NCBI GenBank assembly: GCA_001784875.1
Contig: MFSH01000002.1
Location: 1,220 to 65,219, forward strand
Source: Candidatus Moranbacteria bacterium RIFOXYB1_FULL_43_19
GTDB lineage: Bacteria > Patescibacteriota > Minisyncoccia > Moranbacterales > UBA11712
Length of the DNA: 64,000 nucleotides
Direction of reading: 5' to 3'
In this document: piece after piece, positions 1 to 9,827 of the stretch
Numbering within the stretch: the first letter of the stretch is position 1
Layout of the letters: each line of letters begins with the position of its first letter
The notes under the pieces: model-generated
Told to the model about the DNA's origin: nothing
The model's database searches: none
Seen by the model: only the letters and a program-made list of their open reading frames with translations
Translations under genes and position numbers: made by a program

Positions 1-522
1 TCCAATTTGGACAGCCGGGATTTTGAGATCAAGAATCCGCCGCATCACCGAGGCGTGAGAAAATTTGCTGCCCTCATATTCGTCCATGAGATCTGTGTGA
101 GCGTCAAACTGAAGAATTGATAGATCTTTATACTTTTTCTTGAGCGCTTTGACGACGCCAAAAGTGATTGAGTGTTCTCCTCCCAGAACTAGCGGCTTTT
201 TATTTTTTGAAACAATTTCTTTTTCAATCGCCTGTTCAATTCCAGCCATTGCTTCCGGAACGCTGTTTCGCGAAACAACAATTTCGTCGAGCGTGAAAAC
301 ATCCATTGGATCGAGACCCATCAATTTCCCTTCATGCGCGTCCAATAACTCGTCGATGTAGCGCGAAGCGTTGATTATCGCGAAAGGCGCGTTGCGTTGC
401 CCCGTTCCATAAGAGCTTGTCGCGTCATAGGGAATTTGCGCGATTACAATTTTCGCTTTCTTGAAATCCTGCTCGTGGATCGCACCGAAGTTAAACGGCC
501 ATTGTTCGTAAAGCTTTCGCAT
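1..522 (-). CDS. speB: Agmatinase/arginase-family ureohydrolase (N-terminal ~174 aa; C-terminus lies beyond the window start)
   Basis: Minus-strand translation reads MRKLYEQWPFNF...LVLGGEHSITFG...LQFDAHTDL..., with the ureohydrolase metal-binding motifs (GGEHS, DAHTD). The ATG complement is at 520-522. The reading frame runs off the left edge of the window. Confidence 0.7.
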   Translation of the reverse strand, partial: MRKLYEQWPFNFGAIHEQDFKKAKIVIAQIPYDATSSYGTGQRNAPFAIINASRYIDELLDAHEGKLMGLDPMDVFTLDEIVVSRNSVPEAMAGIEQAIEKEIVSKNKKPLVLGGEHSITFGVVKALKKKYKDLSILQFDAHTDLMDEYEGSKFSHASVMRRILDLKIPAVQIG

Positions 523-526
523 ATAA

Positions 527-1627
527 TTATTTCTTATCAAGTCTCTCCATTACCGCTTTCAGAATCATCGGCCAGGCGATGGTCGCGTCGCAAAAAACTT
601 CAGCAAAGCGCCCGCCTTCTTTGGGGGGAACCATTTTCCCCCAAGACACTCCTTCGGAATAGGTGCAGCCGGAGAGGCCGCCCCAATGCACCGGCTCGGG
701 AGAAATTCGAACACCATAACTGTAGCGCAAAAATTTTCCGCCGACTCCCACCCTTTTCCCGATCAAATCGAGATAGCACGTCACTTGTTGCGCCCAATTG
801 CGAGGAACACCCCCGCCAATGGTGAAAATCCCAAGTTTTTTTTGCTTTTTTATAAGTTCCGTAAAATGCTCGAGATCCAAATATTCGCTGGTTTGCAAAA
901 TCGGCTTCTTTTCCAGTTTTTGCCGACGATTGAAAATCCCGATATCAAGAAAAAATTCAGAATCTGTGAAGGCCGGAATATAGATCGGCACTTTTTTTTC
1001 ATAAGCGCTTTTCACGATAGCCCGCTCGTTGCCGATTGACTCTTTCAAATATTTTCCGACTTCCGCCAAAATTTCGTTACTGGAATATACTTTTCTGTGG
1101 TCCAGCTTTTTGAAAACCTCGAAAACAATCAGTTCCAGATCATCCAGATTTTTTTCAAGTTCCAGCGTGTCATAAACCCGGTTATATCCGCACTTATAAA
1201 GTGTCTCGTCATTCATTCCCTCGTCATATTTGAAGTGGCTCATGCCGAATCCCTCAACCATACCATGGGTCATAAGCGCTCCCGTTGATACGACCGCATT
1301 CACCATTCCGCGATCAATCATATCGCAAATGAGGAGTCCCATCTTGGCCACTGTCATCGCTCCGGACAGAGTAAGAACGACAAAGCAATCTTTGTCACGG
1401 ACCATCGCTTCGAGAACATCCGCCGCTTCGCCAAGATTTCTTCCTCCAAATGCGGTCTTGGACATTCCGCGCACCAGTTCATCAACATTCCCCGCTTTCC
1501 CCAGATCGAGTGAAGAAATAGGCTTGAGATTATCAGAGAATCCGTCATGCTTCAGATCGCGCTTTGTCTCGTAAGCTTCGTCTATTTTTTTCAATTTGGA
1601 TTTTTTTTCCTTCATTTCTTTTTTCAA
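527..1627 (-). CDS. Deoxyhypusine synthase-like protein (DHS/homospermidine synthase family)
   Basis: 366-aa ORF with DHS-family signatures (GGGVPRNW, ISPEPVHWGG...). Its stop is 5 nt from the agmatinase start, so the two are probably co-transcribed. Confidence 0.8.
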   Translation of the reverse strand: MKKEMKEKKSKLKKIDEAYETKRDLKHDGFSDNLKPISSLDLGKAGNVDELVRGMSKTAFGGRNLGEAADVLEAMVRDKDCFVVLTLSGAMTVAKMGLLICDMIDRGMVNAVVSTGALMTHGMVEGFGMSHFKYDEGMNDETLYKCGYNRVYDTLELEKNLDDLELIVFEVFKKLDHRKVYSSNEILAEVGKYLKESIGNERAIVKSAYEKKVPIYIPAFTDSEFFLDIGIFNRRQKLEKKPILQTSEYLDLEHFTELIKKQKKLGIFTIGGGVPRNWAQQVTCYLDLIGKRVGVGGKFLRYSYGVRISPEPVHWGGLSGCTYSEGVSWGKMVPPKEGGRFAEVFCDATIAWPMILKAVMERLDKK

Positions 1628-1673
1628 AAAATATATCTTCTAAATAATAATTTCTTTTGGAAAAAATATCAAG

Positions 1674-2630
1674 TTAAAATCCCACCATTTGCACTTCTTC
1701 TTTGAGCTGGATTCCGAATTTGTTTCGGACGCGCGATTTGATGATCGCAGCGAGGATTATGAAATCTTCTGCTTTAGCTTTCCCCGAATTCACCAAAAAA
1801 TTTCCGTGCGCCTGGCTCACCATCGCCCCGCCTATTTTTTTTCCGCGAAGCCCCAGCCGGTCAATGAGATATCCGGCGGGAATTACATTATTTTTCGCTT
1901 TATCACCAGTATCTTTTTCAAATTCTTCCAGCATTTTTTTGCTTTTCGCCAAAGAATTTTTGAAGAAACTTCCGGAACTTGGATAATCGAATGGCTGTTT
2001 TTCCTTTCTTTGAGCTATTATTTCTCTCACTCGTTTTTCGCTTTTAGTTTTATCTCCCTTTTTTAGATTCAATGCCACGCATAAAATTATCAGGATTGGA
2101 TTTTGCCTAAAAATACTATCTCTATATGCAAATTCACATTCTTTATTTTTGAGATTTAATATTTGATATTTGATATTATTTAGTTTTTCGGATTTAGGAT
2201 TTGGAATTTCAATGACTTTTACTGATTCCACGACTTCACTCATGGAGCCATTAAATGCTCCCGCATTTCCCCAAACCGCTCCTCCAACCGTGCCCGGAAT
2301 ACCCGCCGCCCATTCGAGGCCGGTGAGACCGGCTTTTACGGATTCACTGACGACTTTGCTCAACTGACATCCACTATCGCAAATGATATCCAAATTGCGA
2401 ATTACTAATTGCGAATTTCGGAGTCGTATAACGACTCCATCGAATCCTTTGTCGCTCACCAAAATATTGCTCCCGCCGCCCAAAACAAAAACCGGCTGTT
2501 TCTTTTCTTCGGCGAATTCGAGCGCCTCCAAAATTTCTTCTTCATCCTCCGCCTCACAAAAAAACTTTGCCGGTCCACCGGCTTTGAGCGTTGTATATTG
2601 AGCCAACGCAATGTTTTCCCTGATTTCCAT
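1674..2630 (-). CDS. murB: UDP-N-acetylenolpyruvoylglucosamine reductase
   Basis: 318 aa with an FAD-binding N-terminus (VFVLGGGSNIL, GIPGTVGGAVWGNAGA) and a MurB C-terminal domain. Confidence 0.85.
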   Translation of the reverse strand: MEIRENIALAQYTTLKAGGPAKFFCEAEDEEEILEALEFAEEKKQPVFVLGGGSNILVSDKGFDGVVIRLRNSQLVIRNLDIICDSGCQLSKVVSESVKAGLTGLEWAAGIPGTVGGAVWGNAGAFNGSMSEVVESVKVIEIPNPKSEKLNNIKYQILNLKNKECEFAYRDSIFRQNPILIILCVALNLKKGDKTKSEKRVREIIAQRKEKQPFDYPSSGSFFKNSLAKSKKMLEEFEKDTGDKAKNNVIPAGYLIDRLGLRGKKIGGAMVSQAHGNFLVNSGKAKAEDFIILAAIIKSRVRNKFGIQLKEEVQMVGF

Positions 2631-2632
2631 AA

Positions 2633-4015
2633 CTAAATACTAGATACTAATCTTTCTGCCACTTCCCAAACATTTCCCGCGCCCATAGCAATGACAAGGT
2701 CTTCGCGGCAGATTTCACTGGCGAGATATTCAACTGCTTCGGAAATTGTCGGGACATATTCGACGCTCCGGTGGTATTTTTTGGCGATTTTCACCAGATC
2801 TTTTGAGTGCACTCCCCCCTGCACTTCGCGGGCGCTGCCATAGATGTCGAGAATGATCACCCGGTCAGCGTCTTCAAAACTTTGGGCAAATTCATGAATC
2901 AAGGCTTTCGTCCGGGTGAAGGTATGAGGATGAAAAACGCACCAGATCCGGCGCTTGGGGAAAAATTCCCGCGCTGCTTTGAGGGTAGCTTTGACCTCTT
3001 CCGGATGATGGCCATAGTCATCAATGAGGATCGCCCCGTTTCTTTTGCCGATATATTCAAAGCGCCGCGAAGTTCCTTCAAAATTCGCGAGAGCCTCTTT
3101 GGCTTTTCCCATATTGGCGTTGAATTTATGGCTCATTGCCACGGCCGCCGCGGCATTCAGCACATTATGTTTTCCGGGAAGCTCTATTTCAAATCGCCCC
3201 AGATTTTTTCCGCCATGCCACAGCTCAAAAATTTGCTTTCCGTCTTTCAGCTCGTGGTTTTTTATTTTGAGGTCATTATCTTTTCCAAAGCCGTATTTTA
3301 TCACATTGCATTTCGCCTTTTTGGCGATTTCAAGCGTGTCGCTCCGGTCACCTGAGACTACCAAAAACCCATGGCGGGGAATTTTTTGTATAAATTCAGC
3401 AAATGTTTTCTTATAATCTTCAAAAGTCGGAAAGAAATCCGGATGGTCCCAGTCAACACTGGTGAGAATGACCGCCTGCGGGCTGTAATATTGGAATTTC
3501 CCCTGGTATTCATCAGCTTCAATGATCATGAATTCGCTCCTTCCGACAAGAGCAGAGCTTCGCCACTGGCGAACTTGAGAACCAACAACGGCTGTCGGAT
3601 CAAGCCCGGCTGATTTGAAAATTTCGGCGAGCATAGCCGTGGTCGTCGTTTTTCCATGCGTGCCCGAAACCGCTATGCCATATTTTCGGTTGAAAAGGAG
3701 TCCTAAAATTTCCGGATAGGAAATCACCGGAAGCCTTTTGAAGAGCGCGGCTTTGAACTCTTCGTTGTTTTTTTCATTGTAGGCTGTCGAGTAAACAACG
3801 AGATCAATGTCGCCCGTGATATGATCGGCATCGAACCCTTCATGGAATTTTACAAACAGTTTTTTCTTAAGGATATCGTCTGTGAAAAATTTCTCGTCCG
3901 TGTCAGAGCCGGTAATTTGATGTCCCTGGCGTTTCAAAATTTCAACCAGAGCCACCATTCCGGAACCCTTGATACCGATGAAATATATTTTTTTTGCTTT
4001 AGATAAATCAACCAT
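2633..4015 (-). CDS. murC: UDP-N-acetylmuramate--L-alanine ligase
   Basis: 460 aa. The N-terminus FIGIKGSGM and the Mur-ligase P-loop GTHGKTTTTAML are present. The gene abuts murB with a 3-nt gap. Confidence 0.9.
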   Translation of the reverse strand: MVDLSKAKKIYFIGIKGSGMVALVEILKRQGHQITGSDTDEKFFTDDILKKKLFVKFHEGFDADHITGDIDLVVYSTAYNEKNNEEFKAALFKRLPVISYPEILGLLFNRKYGIAVSGTHGKTTTTAMLAEIFKSAGLDPTAVVGSQVRQWRSSALVGRSEFMIIEADEYQGKFQYYSPQAVILTSVDWDHPDFFPTFEDYKKTFAEFIQKIPRHGFLVVSGDRSDTLEIAKKAKCNVIKYGFGKDNDLKIKNHELKDGKQIFELWHGGKNLGRFEIELPGKHNVLNAAAAVAMSHKFNANMGKAKEALANFEGTSRRFEYIGKRNGAILIDDYGHHPEEVKATLKAAREFFPKRRIWCVFHPHTFTRTKALIHEFAQSFEDADRVIILDIYGSAREVQGGVHSKDLVKIAKKYHRSVEYVPTISEAVEYLASEICREDLVIAMGAGNVWEVAERLVSSI

Positions 4016-4087
4016 AAATAAACTGAAAGATAAAATCGAAAATCTAAAAATTTCAGATTTTAGTTGTTTTTTTTTATATTTTAGATT

Positions 4088-5047
4088 TTAGTTTTTAGTT
4101 AACAGCCCTCTTATTTCCTCCATCTTATCCTCCGCCGCCTTCCTCCCCTCTTCGATCATCATTTTCGCCTGGGAAACATCAGACCGCCTGAAATGAAGAA
4201 CGTCCGGCCGAATAGCAATATCGCAGTCATCGTCCAAAAAAAGTCCTTTTTTATAGTCAGCGCTGATCGCCCGAAGACCGATTAGATAAGCTTCGAAAAA
4301 ATTAAATCGGTGCTTCTCATAATCGTCTAAAAGTTTCAGCTTTCTCATGAGACTTTTTACTGCTCCGAAAAATTTTTCTTCTCCCCCATTCAGTGCCTTA
4401 TCGCCCATTTTGAAAACCGGATTGAAAACCCGCCTCAATGTGCTTTTTCTCATCATTTTTCTAAAGTCGCCCACGGCCCGGGTAATGACGCTCCGCCCCA
4501 CACTTACATCAACTCCGATAACTTTTTCAGCCCCCAAATTATAGGCAATTCTGGCTGGAACAAGCATAGCCGTTCCGCCGTCGAAAACCAGCCTTCCTCG
4601 GTAGCGTTTGATTGGAGCAAGGCCCGGAAGGGCCGTAGTGATTTCCAAAGCTTCGGCGATGCTGCCGGAATCAATCACTACTTCGTTTCCAGCCAAAGCG
4701 TCAGTCCCGACAAAAGCCAGTTTCAGCCCTTCGATATCCTCGAATTTTTTCCCATCAGTCAAAAAATCAAAAAGGGACCTCAACTGTTTCCCTTTTATCA
4801 GACCTCCACCGGAAAAGCTCAAATCAAGCATTTTGCGGCGGTCTTTGTTTTTGAGAAGGATGGCCGTTTCTTTGAGCTCTTTTAGTTTTCCGCAGGCATA
4901 AGCGGCCGCCACAATCGCTCCGCTGGAACAGCCGACCAGAAAATGAATCGGGAAATTGTTTTCCTCAAGAACCTCCAGTATGCCTATATGGGTCATTCCT
5001 CTCATTGTCCCCCCGCCGAGAGCTACTCCGATTTTCTTACGTGGCAT
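4088..5047 (-). CDS. Patatin-like phospholipase family protein
   Basis: 319 aa with the oxyanion/Gly-rich motif GVALGGGTMRG, the nucleophile elbow GCSSGA and the DGG catalytic-Asp motif. Confidence 0.8.
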   Translation of the reverse strand: MPRKKIGVALGGGTMRGMTHIGILEVLEENNFPIHFLVGCSSGAIVAAAYACGKLKELKETAILLKNKDRRKMLDLSFSGGGLIKGKQLRSLFDFLTDGKKFEDIEGLKLAFVGTDALAGNEVVIDSGSIAEALEITTALPGLAPIKRYRGRLVFDGGTAMLVPARIAYNLGAEKVIGVDVSVGRSVITRAVGDFRKMMRKSTLRRVFNPVFKMGDKALNGGEEKFFGAVKSLMRKLKLLDDYEKHRFNFFEAYLIGLRAISADYKKGLFLDDDCDIAIRPDVLHFRRSDVSQAKMMIEEGRKAAEDKMEEIRGLLTKN

Positions 5048-5110
5048 AAATATTTTGTTACACCCAGCCTTTGGGCTGGAAATTTTTTGTCGCTTGTTAT
5101 TGTTCGACTA

Positions 5111-6253
5111 TCAGTCAGCGATTTTTGATATTTCGCCGGCAACTACTTTTGCTGCTTCTGGATTATAAAAATTTTTTATTCTCTCGCTAAGCTCGAACCG
5201 AAGCTCTTCATTTTCAGCCAGCTTCTCGATTCTTTCATACAAGATATTTTCGCCAAGATTCTCTTGCTCGAGCATGACAGCCGCTCCAGCCTGCGAAAAC
5301 GCGAAAGCATTTTGCTCCTGGTGGTTGTTGGCTGATTCCTTGATGGGGATTATGAGGGCTGGCTTCTTGTTGGCCGCAATTTCAGTGAGAGTGACAGCCC
5401 CGGCCCGGCTAATCACAAGATCAGCCGCCGCAAAAGCATGCGGGAGCTCTTCCGAAAGAAATGGAAAAACCTTGAAGCCTTCACGGCCTGATTTTATGCC
5501 CAGTTTTCCTGCTTCGTTAACAACGCTCTCGTATTCTTTTTTGCCCGTCACTTGAATAACCTGCCACTTTTTGAGGATTTTCGGAAGCAAGGCTACAATA
5601 GCCCGATTGATGACTCTGGCCCCCTGGCTCCCTCCGACAACCAGAATTGTTTTTTTGTCTGGATGCAGTGAAAATATTTTTTGCCCCTCTTCTTTGCTGC
5701 CCCGGATCATTTCCTCCCGGATCGGATTTCCTGACAAAAAAACCTTTCTTTCTGGAAAAAATTTCTCCGAACCAGGAAAAGAAACGGCCACCCTTTTGGC
5801 AATCCTTGCTATTAGCTGATTAGCCAAACCGGGAACAACATCTGATTCGTGGATTAGGATTGGAATCCTATAGGTCCAGGCTGCCGCCGCAACCGGTATA
5901 CTCGCATAGCCGCCTTTGGCAAAAACCGCGTCCGGCATAAAAACTAAAAGATGCCAGAGCGACTGCAAAAAACCGAAAGGAATCCTAAAAACGTCCAAAA
6001 AATTGAGCGGCGAAAAATACCGGCGCAATTTTCCGCATTGGATTTTTTTCATGGGAATGAATTCTTTTCCCATAGCCCCTTTCTCCAGTTCGCTGTCCGG
6101 CCCAAGAAAAAGAAATTCCACGTCTTCTTTTTCCCCTGCTTGTTTTTTGATTTCCCGCGCCACGGCAAGAATTGGAAAAATATGGCCTCCAGTCCCGCCA
6201 CCGGTTAGTGCAATACGCATAAATACTATGCTAATAATTCGAATAAATGCCAA
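5111..6253 (-). CDS. murG: Undecaprenyldiphospho-muramoylpentapeptide beta-N-acetylglucosaminyltransferase
   Basis: 380 aa. The N-terminus contains ALTGGGTGGHIFP and the C-terminal GT28 domain is present. An alternative start 12 codons in (MRIALTGGG, at 6217) is possible. Confidence 0.85.
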   Translation of the reverse strand: MAFIRIISIVFMRIALTGGGTGGHIFPILAVAREIKKQAGEKEDVEFLFLGPDSELEKGAMGKEFIPMKKIQCGKLRRYFSPLNFLDVFRIPFGFLQSLWHLLVFMPDAVFAKGGYASIPVAAAAWTYRIPILIHESDVVPGLANQLIARIAKRVAVSFPGSEKFFPERKVFLSGNPIREEMIRGSKEEGQKIFSLHPDKKTILVVGGSQGARVINRAIVALLPKILKKWQVIQVTGKKEYESVVNEAGKLGIKSGREGFKVFPFLSEELPHAFAAADLVISRAGAVTLTEIAANKKPALIIPIKESANNHQEQNAFAFSQAGAAVMLEQENLGENILYERIEKLAENEELRFELSERIKNFYNPEAAKVVAGEISKIAD

Positions 6254-6336
6254 TCCGCAAATTACGAACCCTTCAAGATGTTACTCATATATTCGCAATT
6301 CGTTGATTCGCATCTATTGGCAGATTCGCATCGCAA

Positions 6337-7440
6337 TTACATTTTCCCACATTTTTTAGAAATATTCAACAAGATTCCCACTCCGACCATGGAAAAAATA
6401 ATCGAAGTCCCGCCATAACTGATAAACGGCAGGGTCACTCCCGTGAGCGGGATAAGCCCGGTTATTGCCGAAATATTCACGAGCGCCTGAAAAATTATCC
6501 ATGAGGTTATTCCAATGGCTACCAATTTTCCAAAAACATCTGGCGCATTTTTGGCGATTTTGAGCCCGCGCATGGCAAAAATAACGAACAAAAAAATCAA
6601 AACAGCCGCCCCAATCAATCCGATCTCCTCGCAAATTATGGCGAAAATCGAATCCCCCACCGGCTCCGGAAGATAATTGAACTTTTGCCGGCTGTGCCCC
6701 AGCCCCAGGCCGAACAATCCTCCTGACCCGATGGCAAGAAGAGCCTGATTGATTTGATATCCGATTCCCCTCGGATCCAGCTCCGGATGCAGAAAAACCA
6801 AAAGCCGGTTCATTCGATAGGATTCAAACTTCACCAAAGCCAGAAACGCAAGGATTCCCGCCCCAATCATCGAGGCAACATGGGATGTTCTGGCGCCGGA
6901 AAGGAAAAATATTACTACGGAAATGATTACGATGATTCCCAGCGTTCCCATGTCCGGCTGTTTTATAATAAGAAATCCCACTATCCCAATAATTGCCAGA
7001 AAAGGTATAAGCCCCTCAAAAAGATCTCTTTTCAAGTCTCTTTTACTTTCAAGCCAGGCGGCAAGATACAAAATCATCGTAAGTTTCAGCATTTCGGTGG
7101 GCTGAAAAGAAAAAGGACCGAGCGTTATCCAACGGCTGGCTCCCTGGAAACGGAGCCCTAATCCGGGAATGAAAACCAGGATGAGCAGGAGAAGATTGGC
7201 CGCAAAAAGAAAAAAAGCAATCCGGCGCCAAAAATGATAATCTATTTTTTGGACAATATACATAAGGACCAATCCCGGCAAAACTCCGTAAAAAAGCTGG
7301 TGTTTGAAAAAATAATATCCGTCATTGAAACGAAACTGCGAAATGGCTACTCCCGCTGAAGAAATCATCACCAGCCCAAAAACAATGAGGGCGAAAGTGG
7401 TTATGGAGAGAATTTGATCAGGCCTGCTATTCGATTTCAT
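6337..7440 (-). CDS. ftsW: FtsW/RodA (SEDS) family peptidoglycan glycosyltransferase
   Basis: 367 aa, about 10 transmembrane segments and SEDS conserved blocks (ISYGGTSI, PEPVGDSIFA). The gene sits next to murG. Confidence 0.85.
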   Translation of the reverse strand: MKSNSRPDQILSITTFALIVFGLVMISSAGVAISQFRFNDGYYFFKHQLFYGVLPGLVLMYIVQKIDYHFWRRIAFFLFAANLLLLILVFIPGLGLRFQGASRWITLGPFSFQPTEMLKLTMILYLAAWLESKRDLKRDLFEGLIPFLAIIGIVGFLIIKQPDMGTLGIIVIISVVIFFLSGARTSHVASMIGAGILAFLALVKFESYRMNRLLVFLHPELDPRGIGYQINQALLAIGSGGLFGLGLGHSRQKFNYLPEPVGDSIFAIICEEIGLIGAAVLIFLFVIFAMRGLKIAKNAPDVFGKLVAIGITSWIIFQALVNISAITGLIPLTGVTLPFISYGGTSIIFSMVGVGILLNISKKCGKM

Positions 7441-7512
7441 GAAAAATCTTAAAACTAAAATCGAAAATCCAAAAGCTTTTGGATTTTAGCTGCTATTTTT
7501 ACATTTTAGATT

Positions 7513-8205
7513 TTAATTTTTAGATTTGCTGTTCTTTCTCCTCCATTCATCAATTCTCTTGTGGTTGCCAGATAATAGCACACTTGGGACCTTCATTTTT
7601 TGAAATTCCGCCGGCTTCGTGTATTGCGGATGCTCCAGATAATTCTTTTTGGAAAACGATTCATTTTTTGAAGACTCTTTGTTTCCCAAAACACCCGGAA
7701 TGAGCCGCGCGACCGAATCAACAATCGCCATTGCTGGTATTTCACCACCGGTCAACACATAATCTCCAATAGAAACCTCTTCATCCGCCAGATATTTCAC
7801 CACCCGCTCGTCCACTCCTTCATACCGCCCGCAAATCAAGATTAAATTTCTATACTTCGCTAACCTCTTTGCGTCCGCCTGCGTGTATTTTTTGCCTTTG
7901 GCAGAAAATAGAATGATTCTTGTTATTGAATTTTGCTTGCCCGCCAAAGCTTTAGCGGCGGCGGTACTTTTTATTTTTGATTTTAAAAATCGAAGACAAT
8001 CATAGATTGGCTCGATTTTCAATACCATCCCCGCCCCTCCCCCATAGGGCGTGTCGTCCACTGTTTTATGCCGGTCTTTTGCGAAATCCCGCAAATTATG
8101 AATTTTTATCCTAATTTTTCCACTTTTTTGGGCACGGTTAACAATACTCTCGGAAAAATAAGAATCAAATATCTTGGGAAAAATTGTAATCACATGAAAA
8201 TTCAT
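7513..8205 (-). CDS. trmD: tRNA (guanine37-N1)-methyltransferase
   Basis: 230 aa. The N-terminus reads HVITIFPKIF...DDTPYGGGAGMV, which is the SPOUT TrmD signature. Confidence 0.9.
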   Translation of the reverse strand: MNFHVITIFPKIFDSYFSESIVNRAQKSGKIRIKIHNLRDFAKDRHKTVDDTPYGGGAGMVLKIEPIYDCLRFLKSKIKSTAAAKALAGKQNSITRIILFSAKGKKYTQADAKRLAKYRNLILICGRYEGVDERVVKYLADEEVSIGDYVLTGGEIPAMAIVDSVARLIPGVLGNKESSKNESFSKKNYLEHPQYTKPAEFQKMKVPSVLLSGNHKRIDEWRRKNSKSKN

Positions 8206-8488
8206 TCGTATATTCGCCCGCCTGCATTGAAATGCTTCTTGTTAGCGTGTTATCCGCTAAATCTGCCGCACATTCTTTTGTATATATGCCTTTTAATAAA
8301 CAGCAAAGCCTTTCGGACAGGTACGAGATTGGTAATTCGTAAAGAATAATAACAAAAACCGCGTCTGTATAATAACACGGTTTTTGCTTGAAATAAAGTG
8401 ATAAATCACCTTGATGTCTTCGCTCGCTAGGGAATAAAAAATTTTATTCCACTCGCTTCGCTAGACAATAAAGTCTTTTTACGGACTT

Positions 8489-8803
8489 TTAGACATTGAT
8501 ATCATTGACAACATCGTCAATGCTCTTTTTGGCATCTCTGCGTTCACCCCTTTGAGAACCTTCCGGTTCGTTGATTTTGAGGTTCACTCGAGCATTGTTT
8601 TTGGCTCCGACCACTCGAAGAAGGGTCCGGATGGCCTTGGCTGTCGCGCCTTCACGGCCGATGATCATTCCCATGTCCTTCGGATCAACATCCAAAGTGA
8701 TGAGAACTCCTCTTTCATCGATCGTTCGGTTGGCTTTGACAGCTTTCGGTGTGTCAACAAGCGCTTTCACGACATATTCCACAAATTCTTGGTCTTTTTC
8801 CAT
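8489..8803 (-). CDS. KH-domain RNA-binding protein (KhpA-like, from the usual rpsP-KH-rimM-trmD neighbourhood)
   Basis: KH motif IIGREGATAKAIRTLL. The long ORF runs to 8968, but an internal Met (MEKDQEFVEYV...) at 8803 gives a more typical size. The start is uncertain. Confidence 0.6.
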   Translation of the reverse strand: MEKDQEFVEYVVKALVDTPKAVKANRTIDERGVLITLDVDPKDMGMIIGREGATAKAIRTLLRVVGAKNNARVNLKINEPEGSQRGERRDAKKSIDDVVNDINV

Positions 8804-9225
8804 CTTTTTCAGATTTAGGCTAATAATTTCGGAACTTGGCTGACCGGCTTCGACTACTGCCCCGCCATCTTTCCGCTTATCGTAAATTATACCCAAAATC
8901 CCAATCCTGTCAAATTTAATACCGGATCCCCTTGCTAGAAGATCCGGCTTGCTGAAATGTTGACCCAAACACGCTGGTTTTCATCCACAGCAGCGACGCT
9001 GATAGCGATTGCCGTGGCCGTTTTGCTGCCTTTTTACGGGCCTTTTTTTCTTCTTTTTCTGAAATGTCCGCTGGCACATATCGCAATGGCCGGTTTCGGG
9101 ATTGATGTCTCCCCCGTAGCAGCAACTGCATTTCTCCGCTGAATTTGCCATATTCTCCCTCCTCAAGCGAAAAATGATATTTATAAAAAGCGGACGACCG
9201 GTAAATCATCCACCCAAATAACAGT

Positions 9226-9666
9226 TTACTCTTCTTTTTTATTCTCTTCTTTCTCTTTCTTTGGCTCTTCGGCTTTTTTTTCATCAGTATTTTCCTCTCC
9301 TTTTTCTTCCTTTGCTTCTTTTTTAGGTTCGTCTTTTTTTTCTGCATTTTCGGCTGGAGCGGGAGTTTTCCCGGCACTTTCAGCTGATTCGGGTTCTTCC
9401 TTTTTTCTCATTTTCACTGGCCTTTTTGAACCCTTAACAATCCCCTCTTTCACAAGCAGGTTATGAACCGTGTCCGAGCATTGCGCCCCTTTTTCAATCC
9501 AGTGTTTGATCTGATCGGCCTTGAAACTTTTTTCTTTGGTATGCGGATTCAAAAAACCAAGCACTTCCAAAAACCGCCCTTTGATCGGCGAAGTATGTTC
9601 GGCTACTACCAGACGAAAAAACGCCTTATTCCTTTTTCCCCGTCTTGTGAGTCTTATTTTCAGCAT
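9226..9666 (-). CDS. rpsP: 30S ribosomal protein S16 with a ~60-aa Lys/Glu-rich C-terminal extension
   Basis: The N-terminus MLKIRLTRRGKRNKAFFRLVVAE is a classic S16 start. The C-terminal half is a low-complexity KKEEP.../EEKGEE tail. Confidence 0.85.
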   Translation of the reverse strand: MLKIRLTRRGKRNKAFFRLVVAEHTSPIKGRFLEVLGFLNPHTKEKSFKADQIKHWIEKGAQCSDTVHNLLVKEGIVKGSKRPVKMRKKEEPESAESAGKTPAPAENAEKKDEPKKEAKEEKGEENTDEKKAEEPKKEKEENKKEE

Positions 9667-9827
9667 ATCTGGTAGTGCAATAATTTAATAATAGATCCCG
9701 ATGGTACACAAATATATTGTACTACCGGGCATAAATATATTTTGGCAAAACTAAAATACTCTGGTATTCTAGCCATTAAACATGTTTCTGTCAACTATCA
9801 AGACTATTGCATTGCCTTTATATTTTC

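Noticed and set aside
8916-9377. 153-aa Lys-rich ORF on the minus strand
   Set aside because: It lies entirely within, or overlaps, the rpsP gene in another frame. It is a product of the K/E-rich repeat codons and has no independent support.
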